The notes beneath the pieces are model-generated. The model saw nothing but the letters and a program-made list of their open reading frames with translations, was not told the DNA's origin and did not search any database. Of a DNA stretch of 64,000 nt, positions 24,638-35,091 are shown one piece after another; the first letter of the stretch is position 1, and each line of letters starts with the position of its first letter. The stretch spans positions 1,178,001-1,242,000 of the forward strand of contig CP089277.1 in NCBI GenBank assembly GCA_023920165.1. Reading direction: 5' to 3'. The stretch is from Curvularia clavata. Lineage: Eukaryota. The position numbers were made by a program, and so were the translations under genes.

Positions 24638-27619
24638 ATGGCCAAAGACACGCCTATGCCAGATTCAGACGCCGTCAGAGAGAATGCTCTCATGTATGGT
24701 CACGATGACGAGCTTGACGAGAAATACCCAACGAGACCGATAAATATACACAAGACACTGCCTTTCCATACGTTGTTCACGGATCTCTTCAATCCTCTCA
24801 TGGACACGCAAAAAAAGAAGCAAGCGGTAGGCCCCCGTCGGAAGACTGGACCGCACGGCCGCCCCAACCTATCGCCCCAGGAAGCCAAGCGGAACATTGT
24901 CGAGCGGTACATCACGAATTGGCGTAAACAGGTGGGGAATGATTTCTACCCTGCAATGCGCCTCATCGTTCCGGAAAAGGATCGTGATCGAGCCATGTAT
25001 GGTCTAAAAGAGAAGGCAATAGCAAAGGTCTTGATCAAACTCACTCGAATCGGCAAGGACTCAGAGGACGCTAAACACATGCTCAACTGGAAGCTGCCCG
25101 GTCAATTGCAAAAGGCCTCGGCTTCAACGGCTGGTGACTTTGCTGGACGATGCTATGAGATCCTGTCATTGCGACAACTCAAGACGGACTATAGCGACAT
25201 GAGTATTGCTGAAGTTAACAATGCTCTTGATAAACTGTCGCAGGTGGGCACTGAAGAGGAGCAAGTCAAAGTCTTCCAGAGATTCTACCGGAGGATGAAT
25301 GCTGAGGAGATGACATGGCTGATCCGCATGATTCTTCGCCAGATGAAGATTGGTGCGACCGAAAAGACCTTACTTGACATCTGGCACCCGGACGCCGAAA
25401 CCCTATTCAATGTGTCTTCCAATCTCCGGCGCGTTTGTTGGGAACTGTTTGATCACAACATCCGCCTTGAAAGCGAGAACACTGGCCTTAAACTGATGCA
25501 ATGCTTCCAACCACAGCTAGCTCAATTCCAGGACAAAGTAGGCTCATTCGAAAAGCTAGTGACCAAATTCAAGGGAGACTCAGATGATGACACGTTCTGG
25601 ATCGAAGAGAAGCTCGATGGTGAACGTATGCAACTACACATGGTAGAAGATCCAGAGGCACCGGGTGGAAAGCTGTTTGGCTTCTGGTCACGGAAGGCAA
25701 AAGACTACGCTTATCTCTACGGGAGACACTTCCACGGTGATGAAGCTGGAGCACTCACACGGTTTATAACCGACGCATTCGGACAGAACGTGCGGAATAT
25801 TATTCTTGATGGCGAAATGATTACTTGGGATATGGAGACCGATCACATTGTTGGTTTTGGTACTCTCAAGACGGCAGCCTTGTCCGAGAAAGAGAACACG
25901 ACCAATCAACAGACTGGGCAGCGACCACTATTTCGGGTGTTTGACTGCTTGTACCTCAACGACATGTTGCTTACTCAGTATACGCTGCATGATCGCCGTC
26001 GTGCTCTGGAAAACGCTGTCAAAGGTGTACATCGCCGACTGGAAGTTCATCCCTATATTGAAGCACACTCTCACACTGAGATTGAGCCAGCACTGCGCAA
26101 GGTGGTGGCGGAATCCTCAGAGGGTCTGGTATTGAAAAACCCTCGTTCAATGTATTGTTTGAACCAACGTAACAATGACTGGATGAAGGTGAAACCGGAG
26201 TACATGTCCGAGTTCGGAGAGTCACTCGACTGCATCGTTGTTGGTGGGTATTTTGGCTCCGGACATCGTGGTGGTGCCCATTCCTCTTTCCTTTGTGCGT
26301 TACTTACAAACAAGACTGCAAACTCAGGAGACCCCAAACACGAGCATTGTTGGTCATTTTTCAAAGTCGGTGGTGGATTTAGCCGTGACGATTATGCTGC
26401 CATACGAAGTCGAACAGAGGGCAAGTGGCATGACTGGGATCCTCGGCGACCACCGCCCTTCATCGAGCTAGGTGGCCATGACCAGAATCGGCAATACGAA
26501 AGGCCAGACCAATGGATTAGACCCAAGGACTCTGTTGTACTGGAGTGTAAAGCTGCTAGCGTCGAAAGCACCTGCAAGTTCCGCTTTGCGTTGACACTCC
26601 GCTTTCCGCGCTTCAAGCAGCTTCGAACAGACAAACGATGGGACCAGGCCCTCTCCGTACAAGAATTCTTAGATATCAAAACCAAAGCGGAAATCGAGAG
26701 ATCTGAGAAAGAGAAGGAGTTCGAGATAGAACAGTCACGCCGAAAGAAGACACGCACAGCGAAGAAGCCACTTGCAGTAATGGGTAGCGATGCTGTCACG
26801 ACGCCGTATGCGGGTCCAGAATCCAAACTCTTCGATGGGCTAAGCTTCTACGTCATGACTGATCAAATATACCCAGTCAGAAAGTCAAAGGCCGATATGG
26901 AAGCCCTCATAAAGGCCAACGGTGGTAAAATTGTACAGCGAGACTCCACGGACAAGAATCTGATCGTTATCGCCGACAAGCGATTGATCAAAGTTGCTTC
27001 GCTTGAAAAGCGTGCGACGAACAATATTGTCAAACCAATCTGGATCCAGGACTGTATCACTCAGAATGAGGCGGATGCTGGTGCGGTGCCATATCTACTT
27101 CCTTTTGAACCGAATAGACATATGTTTTATCTCCACGACGATGATCAGTTCGAAATTGAGAGCCACGTGGATGCGAATGGCGATTCGTATACACGTGATA
27201 TCACAGACGTGGAAGAGATGAGAAGATTACTGGAGGGCATGGCGAAGTCAGAGAATCATTCTGAGTCTGATCGAGAAGACCTTCTGGAGCAGCTGGAAGG
27301 CGATGTCAGGCCTCTGGAGCAGATGAAGACTCATATGTTTCATACTGTCAAAGCTGTGTTTTCTACCGACGAAGACAATGAAGCTGAGTCATTCAGGGCG
27401 CTGCTGGCGAAGAACTATATCCGTTTTGGCGATGGGGTGGTTGCTGACGGCGAGGAGGAAGATGGAGTCACGCATATCGTTGTTCCCGACGAAAAGTTTG
27501 CTTCAAAGAGAAAGAACCCAAGAGTCTCTGGTCGTGCTCGAATGGTCGGAATAGCATGGGTAGAGAAGTGTTGGGAGGAAGGCACAAAGTTAGATGAAGA
27601 GAGGTTTCAATGGGGGTAG
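24638..27619 (+). CDS. LIG4: DNA ligase IV (NHEJ), intronless, C-terminal BRCT domains
   Basis: EEKLDGERMQ (KxDG), ILDGEM, EGLVLK, WMKVKPEY, TLRFPR, BRCT-type WIQDC and WVEKC. Confidence 0.96.
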   Translation: MAKDTPMPDSDAVRENALMYGHDDELDEKYPTRPINIHKTLPFHTLFTDLFNPLMDTQKKKQAVGPRRKTGPHGRPNLSPQEAKRNIVERYITNWRKQVGNDFYPAMRLIVPEKDRDRAMYGLKEKAIAKVLIKLTRIGKDSEDAKHMLNWKLPGQLQKASASTAGDFAGRCYEILSLRQLKTDYSDMSIAEVNNALDKLSQVGTEEEQVKVFQRFYRRMNAEEMTWLIRMILRQMKIGATEKTLLDIWHPDAETLFNVSSNLRRVCWELFDHNIRLESENTGLKLMQCFQPQLAQFQDKVGSFEKLVTKFKGDSDDDTFWIEEKLDGERMQLHMVEDPEAPGGKLFGFWSRKAKDYAYLYGRHFHGDEAGALTRFITDAFGQNVRNIILDGEMITWDMETDHIVGFGTLKTAALSEKENTTNQQTGQRPLFRVFDCLYLNDMLLTQYTLHDRRRALENAVKGVHRRLEVHPYIEAHSHTEIEPALRKVVAESSEGLVLKNPRSMYCLNQRNNDWMKVKPEYMSEFGESLDCIVVGGYFGSGHRGGAHSSFLCALLTNKTANSGDPKHEHCWSFFKVGGGFSRDDYAAIRSRTEGKWHDWDPRRPPPFIELGGHDQNRQYERPDQWIRPKDSVVLECKAASVESTCKFRFALTLRFPRFKQLRTDKRWDQALSVQEFLDIKTKAEIERSEKEKEFEIEQSRRKKTRTAKKPLAVMGSDAVTTPYAGPESKLFDGLSFYVMTDQIYPVRKSKADMEALIKANGGKIVQRDSTDKNLIVIADKRLIKVASLEKRATNNIVKPIWIQDCITQNEADAGAVPYLLPFEPNRHMFYLHDDDQFEIESHVDANGDSYTRDITDVEEMRRLLEGMAKSENHSESDREDLLEQLEGDVRPLEQMKTHMFHTVKAVFSTDEDNEAESFRALLAKNYIRFGDGVVADGEEEDGVTHIVVPDEKFASKRKNPRVSGRARMVGIAWVEKCWEEGTKLDEERFQWG

Positions 27620-27714
27620 AATCCCATTATGCACAGCATTTTGTTTAAGGATGCTTCTTTTTTAAGGTAACTACAAGTAACAATGTTTATGGTATCACAA
27701 ACCTCTTAGACAAT

Positions 27715-29290
27715 TTAAAAGGTACTTCCTTTTGTCATTCTTCTCCGCCAACCTTTCTCCTTTAGCTGGCCTTCTCCAGTTCCCACCCGTGATATCCTGA
27801 GCTCATCGCTCGGCACTACCAATGCACTCCCACTTTGAGCCAGACGTTTCCGTAACCCATCCTCCTCCAAATACTCAGCCTCAGTACCAAGCTCCTGCCT
27901 GATGGCAGCCGAATAGTCCATAATGCTGCGCAACAACCCTGGTCTTCGCCCGCTTCTATACATTCTCGAGCCCCTCCGCGTGTCGAGCCACATGCCGGTC
28001 ATAATGCATGCCCAGATGAAATTGAAGATTGATATCATAAAAAGGAAGATGTAGGAGAAGCCCCACTGGTATGTTTCGCTGGGCTTACAAGAGCCGTGGT
28101 CAAGCAAGTAAAACGTGCTGTATGTATCTGTTGGACGCTCCTCCAAGGCGAATGCAAATTGATTGCGCACCTCTACCGGAGGTATCAGCTCACCTGATCG
28201 CTGCTGGTAGGTTGTGATGTTGAGGCTTGGGGCTTTGAGCGGGATGGGTTCATGATCCTCTACGGTCCAGTTTGAAGACATGTTAATATTCTTTAGCTGC
28301 CAGTAGCCAGGGCCATCTTGTATCATTCCCAGTTCTCCGTCGGTCTTTTCTGGAAATTGTTGTACGTCTACAGAAAGTCAGCCAATTACCAAAGTAGCTT
28401 GCGTGTAACATACAAATATTGACAGCATCATTGAGAGCAGCGTCATTCTCTGTGATGATCAAGGGGCCACTGTGACCCAATCTATCTGCATCATGAATGA
28501 CGTGCGTTACTCGCCTGATTTTGCTCCAGTCGATGAGATTGTGTTCATAGTTCTCAATGTACAGCTCATACGTAGTGATGTAACCAGTCATAGCGGCCAT
28601 TAAAGTGGGGAATGCCAGTACGTACAAAGTCGACAGTAACATGGACAGTATCGCGAGCCACCTGAAGAGCCGACTCCAAGATTTCTTGCCGAAGGCCAGA
28701 AACTCTTTTGCTAAGACACCCAGTGTGGCCATGGTCGTCGTCTGGAATGCGACAGCCGCGTAGAGTTTGTAGGATGTAAGATGCATCTCCATGTGATACA
28801 CTAACCACTCATTGAAGACGCGATAGTTGACCCAAGCCAGCAGCAGCTGCCCACCTCTGCCGATGATGAGATCCCAAGCAATATCGATGACCTTAACCTG
28901 GGTGAAGGTGAAGGCTCCGAAGCTAAGGTTTGGCGTAAAGAAGTATGACGAATCCATGATACGCCATGTCGCGCCCGGTGATTCCTTCCAGAGGCCGTTG
29001 GGATAGCAGTCTCGGCCTCTGATGTAGCTCTGTGATGCCATTTCCGCTGCGGCCGCGAGGACCACTATGATTGCAAGCGCAATGGGAAGCGCAAGAATAA
29101 CGAGGGTGATTCTCCAGGGAGCAGACGACCATGTCATTCTGAAACTTCCCCCGCGATTCCTCGTCTTTTGGTGCAGCAAAGCTGATTGGGATCCGTCATC
29201 GAAGCGCTGCATTTCCATCGATTGAACATGTCCAGTCTGTTCTCCAGAGGAGTCCTGGCTGGTAACGGAGATGTGCGCAGATCTCCTCAT
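27715..29290 (-). CDS. Hypothetical multi-pass membrane protein, 1 intron (approx. 28369-28413)
   Basis: Two long ORFs joined by GTATGT...CTGAC...TAG; several hydrophobic segments (IDIAWDLIIGRGGQ, LAFPTLMAAMTGY, YQWGFS). Confidence 0.78.
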
Positions 29291-30109
29291 ATTTTAAGAG
29301 GGATCAATGTGTTACGTGCATCAAAGACGTGAAGAATGCGAATGCGCATTCAGAAATCACACCACACATGGTTTTGTGGTTTGAGGTGTGAGCTGCATTC
29401 AGGCGTCCAAGATCGACGTTGAATCTTCGGGATGCACCCAAGCCAAGAGGGGCGCAGCAGTTAAACATTGCATTTAGGGGCCAGAAGCTGGACACAAGGG
29501 CCAAGAATATGCCGTGAAATCAGATAAGTTATCTGTTCGTCTTGCTATGCTGATATCGGGCCATGATGTAGGGGCGACATAGTTTGTACTTGTGTAACAA
29601 ATACCAATTCCACAAATACTAGTAGTACAATCTCGTACGGTACTTCTTCGGGCGCAGTTCGATATGCCTAGACCAAATCGCGCCTGATATACAACAAGGT
29701 ACCTGTGTTCGTCATCCACGCTTCTCAGATAACTCAATTGTAACACAAAGTAGTTCATTCAATACAGCGATGATATACTTCGGAGTTGCGATCCAAGTCG
29801 GGCAGGTTCATCTATACTAGCGCCAAACCCCCGCGTCCAACCAGGGGCAGGCAGCGGATCAAGCAACACAATCGGTATTGTAGACATGGGCTTCGATAAT
29901 TTGATTCGTTCTACAAAGTATATTCACATGACCTGAGCGCCCAAGTCTACCCCATTTGAGATCCAGCATGCGGGGAGTCGGCAATGCTGTCTCCTTGGTT
30001 GCTGGTCACTTTATCCTCATATTCCCAACCCATGTTGTCACGAGCAGCTTGAATCTCCTTCCCACTACCAGCCACTGATATATATGTATTCGCAAAGCCT
30101 GTCACTGCA

Positions 30110-30706
30110 ATGTCAGCCTTCTGCAACCTGCGAATCGCCTTATTAACCGGTCTGGCCATCACTCTCCTTGGCGCATTCTACATCTACCAATCACCCTTAC
30201 CCCTGGAATTCAGCGTACCACGCCCTTCCTCAAACAACAGCGTGCCTGGCTTTGCCATACTGCTCAACCAAACATCTCACAACCCTCCGACTCTCATTGT
30301 CACCCTGGAGAACCATCACTCAGATGCCGATTATACGGTACTTAAATGGGGCACGCCAATTGATCCATTCGCACTTGACACGGGTGTCTTCAGCATTGTA
30401 GATGACGCCAGCCATAACGAGATTGAACAGGAAATACTGCATATTAATCGCAAGGTGCCGCCGCCTCCAAACCAGTTGATCACATTAGCGGCTGGCACGC
30501 AAGAGGAGATTGAAGTGGTTTTCAACAGGCCATGGATGCCGGGCCGGAAGCCTACAAAATACAAAGTCAGCGCCAAAGGAGTATTCAAGGGAGGCTGGGC
30601 AAAGTCAGGAAACGAACTGACAAAGACCGACTTGCTCTCGTACGCCGATAGTCCGCTTAGTGGAAAGAGGTTTGTAACAAATGAGATTGTTATGGAGGTC
30701 TACTAG
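30110..30706 (+). CDS. Secreted or signal-anchored hypothetical protein, possibly M35 prodomain-like
   Basis: 198-aa ORF with N-terminal hydrophobic stretch and LIVTLEN...TVLKWGTPID motif. Confidence 0.7.
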   Translation: MSAFCNLRIALLTGLAITLLGAFYIYQSPLPLEFSVPRPSSNNSVPGFAILLNQTSHNPPTLIVTLENHHSDADYTVLKWGTPIDPFALDTGVFSIVDDASHNEIEQEILHINRKVPPPPNQLITLAAGTQEEIEVVFNRPWMPGRKPTKYKVSAKGVFKGGWAKSGNELTKTDLLSYADSPLSGKRFVTNEIVMEVY

Positions 30707-33575
30707 ACAAAAGAAAGGATTTAAAAAAGCAAGGATACGCTAAAGTGTGCCTTTACGCCAGTGGCGTAGGCTGATCAATCGTCGAACTGCCTGGTCCCAA
30801 TTTATCCTCAGCTCATGCGGTACTCGAGCTTCAGCTTCGTTCTTCCCAAAGCCATCTTGGTGTTTTCGTTTTTCTGCTCCTCTCGCCTCTCGCCTCTCGA
30901 AACCTCTGGCTCTGAGGCATCTCTTGCTTTTGTCTTCGACCCATGTTCCCGGGGTCTCAGGTACAGTGTCCATCACAATATCTTACACTGCCTCAACGTC
31001 TGCCAGAGATACTAGACAGTCCTCGAGATCAGTACAATGGTTCTCTGGTTTCAGCGCTTTGGACTCGCTATTTACCTTTGTCGGCTTCCTCATGCGCTCT
31101 TTCAACGAGGTTGTCGATGCGCTCGAAAACGCAGTCTTGAGAGAGACATTTGACGATATACGCTTCATTTTTGTGGAGTCCTGCTCTTGCAACGATCAAA
31201 GTATGAGGAGTTTTGTATATGAAAGGTCTGGTGACGTAGTGGTAATATCGGTGGTCTCACAGGCAGATAGTTACGAAGCAAGGAGGGGATGTCACTGAGA
31301 AAAGGACAAGATATACAGAAGTTGGGCAGGAAGCCATTGGGCGGAAGAACATGGAACGGGGCGTGTCAGGCGTTATCATACACAAAGGAATCCGGTAATC
31401 CGCTGTTTCGAGTCAGCTGCTGATCTCGCGAATAAAGTTTAACAACAGCGGGAAGTTCCATGAGCGAAAGCGGTTGTATTGGCTGACAGCGGCATGGGGG
31501 TGGGAAAATAGGGTTTTGCCGTCTTACGTACTCCCTCACCCCCGGCGCCGATATTTTGTGTAGGTATTGCACTACTCAGGTCGTAGATACACCTTTTTTC
31601 ACAAGCCTGTTCAAACTCCAACTTGGATTTGGATCGTATCAAACCCATTGTGTGCCATATTCAGTGATAGTCTCCTCATCGTTGCCATCGTCCTTGACCT
31701 GCTCCGTCTTTTGTGCAAGATTTTCGGTGGTCATCTCGACCCAATGAAGCGTGCGAGTTTGAGAACTAGTGCGCAGTTACTCTCATGGTTACGTTAGAAG
31801 GCACAACCAAGATTGCCAAGGAAAGCTATGATTGCTTTGTTCCTCTTGTGACTCTTACGGACTGATTTGATAGGCTCCATGGTTACGCCATACAAACAAA
31901 CGGAAGAGTCACTAGCAGGATACATATTCATGTAAGTAGCAAGAATAGCATTGGGTGTACAGCCAACAATGATGAAAGAGCCGTGGGCGAAGGCGGAAGA
32001 AAGTGTCTGTCAGTGCAATGGGTCGTTTGCTCACTTGTCGATTGTATGCGCCTGTATCTATTCTATCCATGTTTCTACTATATTGGGTACCTCTATTTGC
32101 CTCCTAATTTTATTTGTCTTTCTTTCATACCCTTCCATTCTACTCTTCTACTACCCACCTCCACTTTGCTTTTCTCGTGCACACTTCTGTGTATCCATTC
32201 TTGCTGCCAAGATGACCCTCACTCGTATACCAAAAAGTTCACGTCCGCTCTGGGAGTTCAGGCCTAGCTCTCCTCATAAAGATGCGAAGAATACTTTGTC
32301 AAATCTCATAGCTTTATCTTTGCGGAGTACTTCCGTACCATCCACACTTTGGTATAGAAGAGGATCTGTACAAATATAAATCAACATATACCTTTCAGCA
32401 AAGAGTGAGCCATGACCAAAAGCTTCTTATGGAGGTCAAAGAGATGGAACTCCGGAGTGCCCTAGCTCTCACCAAGTCTACGAGTCCTACGTCGACAAAT
32501 CAATGTTTAGCTTAGGGGACCCAGCCTGGCTCCCTCTAGGAATTAAGTCCTGCTGGCATGTCATCGTTTGGCGACGCGATCCGAATCTATGCGCTCAAGG
32601 AGGAGGTCAGAGGCTTCAAACAATTCAGTCTTAAGTAGCTAAAACGTCCTGTTCTACTTGTCGTGACAACGCATACTGGCGGTTCAACTACAGAGTCCGC
32701 TAACACTTCCTCGACTCATTGTTTCCCCTTAGCGCTCTGCTCATGATCAGAGAGATGTCATCTTTGCTGAGATAGTGGATTTCAATCCTGAGATTTTCGA
32801 GAGCTTGGATAAGAGGAAGGAGTTGATCCACTTGCGTCGTCTTTCAGAGAGTATGGTCCACTCGCTGCGTTGGCCTTTTGCTTGTTGCCTTCCATCTGTC
32901 TGAGTGATCGTTCAACAATCACATTCTTTGAGCCTCTCGCTCTTCTTTGTATGATACCCAGTTTCTGCCAATCATGGCTACCCTCAATAGCCTTTCGTAA
33001 ACTTGTACAGTTTGCGACATCGTATGGGAGATAGATGCCTGGAGGCAAGGTAAACGCACGTTGGCTAGGAGCTCTACTGAAGGAAGGGAGGAAGGGTGGC
33101 TGAGAATAAAAACAGGCCACCGCGTCTCAAAGGACATCCTATGCTGTTCAGGAGCTTTGAGGGAGTTCCGGGGGATGGAGCCCCCGAGTTAATGGCCTAA
33201 CGACCAGCGAGACTTACGAAACCTGCGACCGAAAGCGATTGAGGACAGGAGAGCGAATTGGGTTACTAGTGTACCTCCAAAAAGCTCAGCAGCTAGCTAC
33301 TACATTCACATTGGTTCTGAAGAAAGTTTTTATTGTTTCATATCTGTGGCAGATACAGCTAAGCGTGACTTTGTAAACAGCAGCGTCTTGATATTGTGTA
33401 GTTGCCCTATACCAAATACTTTCATCGAAACCAGTATGAGTCCCTTCCATTCTGTACTAAAGCCATTTGAAAGCTGACGGCTGTGATGTGACCATTCATT
33501 CCCACAAATCCTTAACATCAACCATAGCCCAAATCATGCATAATCATTGCTTGCCAAATGCACATCTTCTTGCCC

Positions 33576-34495
33576 TCATCTCCTAAGGCTATCCAGCCGA
33601 GCCTGAAGATCATCGTCGTCGGGGTCAGCTCCCCCTCCTCCCACGGCCTGTGCCACCCTAGTCTCTGGAACTGTGTTCTTTTGCAGCCCACTGGGTGTTT
33701 CGCCAAGCTGTCAAACGTTAGCAGTTGCACTTGTGAATATGACGGTCTCCTTACGGCCTGTCCGAGATCAACACCTATCTCATCCAAGACTTGGTTAACC
33801 ACATCCTCGCTTTCTTCTTCGTCCTCCATGCCAGTGGCATCGTCGATGGCGTCATCCATCATCTCTTGCCGCTGGTCCATGATGTCATTTTCTTTTTCGA
33901 ATTCCATGGCGATTCGTTGGAGCGCAGGGAGGTTCATTTGCCTATTCATGCTTCCAAGCAACGCTGCGACATGTTAGCACTGCAATAGCACATGGGAGCA
34001 TGTACTTACATGTTGCGCCCTTCATGGACTGCATCATCTGCTCGTTGCTACGAACCGTCTGCTTGCAGTCAGCGACATGTCCCAGTTCGATGCCCCATGT
34101 GCGTGCATACCTGGATCCTCAATGAGATAGCCTGTAGCTGTGTGCGCATCTGGTAGAACTTCTGAATGTAGCTGGCGCAAGTGTTAGCCCAAAGCCAGCG
34201 ATGCGACAGGCTGCAGCCCAGCATACCGTCGTGTCCGCACCAGGTCTTTTGCCTGTATCCGCAGGGGACCCATCTGTCCATTCTTTGCGCTCTTTTTAAT
34301 GTCTGCCACCAGCTTCTTCTCCTGGTTCTCGAGCTTGACGCGCTCACGGTCTAGCTCTCGTTGCGTCTTCTCGAGTGCGCGCTGATGTTTCCGCAGCCGC
34401 TCTGCGGGCGTCATGCGCTTTCCGAAGGCCCATTCTACGATCTGCGTTATCGGTCAGTCGAGCCGTGGTGGAGAGAAGCCTATACACACATTCAT
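33576..34495 (-). CDS. DID4: ESCRT-III subunit Vps2/Did4 (CHMP2A), 5 introns
   Basis: MN|IVEWAFGKRMTPAERLRKHQRALEKTQRELDRER..., QAKDLVRTRR, C-terminal MIM DDLQARLDSLRR. Confidence 0.95.
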
Positions 34496-35091
34496 GGCGG
34501 CGACGGGTGCGAAGCGGAGAAGGGCCGCGGGATGGCGTAGGTAGAGTCGAGGTGGGAGATTAGCGGGTAGGGTCTAACCGCTACTTGTTGCGGGCGAAGA
34601 TACGACGAAGCCGGTCGATGGGCACAAGCGGCTCCGGGAGAATGTAATCGGCAGATGTTTGGGTCTCTGGTGTTTGCCAGATGCGCGCCGTCTTGTCGGA
34701 TCGTGGTAGTTGGTGTTCTGCCTGGTCGAGCAGCCGTTGGACTGTCACGTAGGTATAGCGATGCCGAGCCTTGGTCGAGTTGTCACATTTGCATCCTTGG
34801 ATTTTTACCACTCTACAACGAAGCCCTATTTCCTCGACTTGGGCTCGCTGCTTGGTAATGTTTTCACATGCGATACGTAGCATCGCAATCGGTAGCCGGC
34901 CGGTCGCGTAGTTGGCAGCACAACCAATCCCTGCTCTGCTGTCGTGGTGGCGTGTGCACCACCAACTTCTGACGTTCCCTCTTTGCATATTCTTTTCCCT
35001 AGACCGCTCTCCCTTACCATATCACCTTGCCGTGTCCAACTCGACATGCGCCCCTCCTTATAGCCTAACAATACAATAGTCAACCACCCCG

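Noticed and set aside
32782..33120. ORF sharing QRAFTLPP with the Irs4 protein
   Set aside because: Isolated 8-aa match with no flanking similarity and a GTG start; plausible by chance across six-frame translations.
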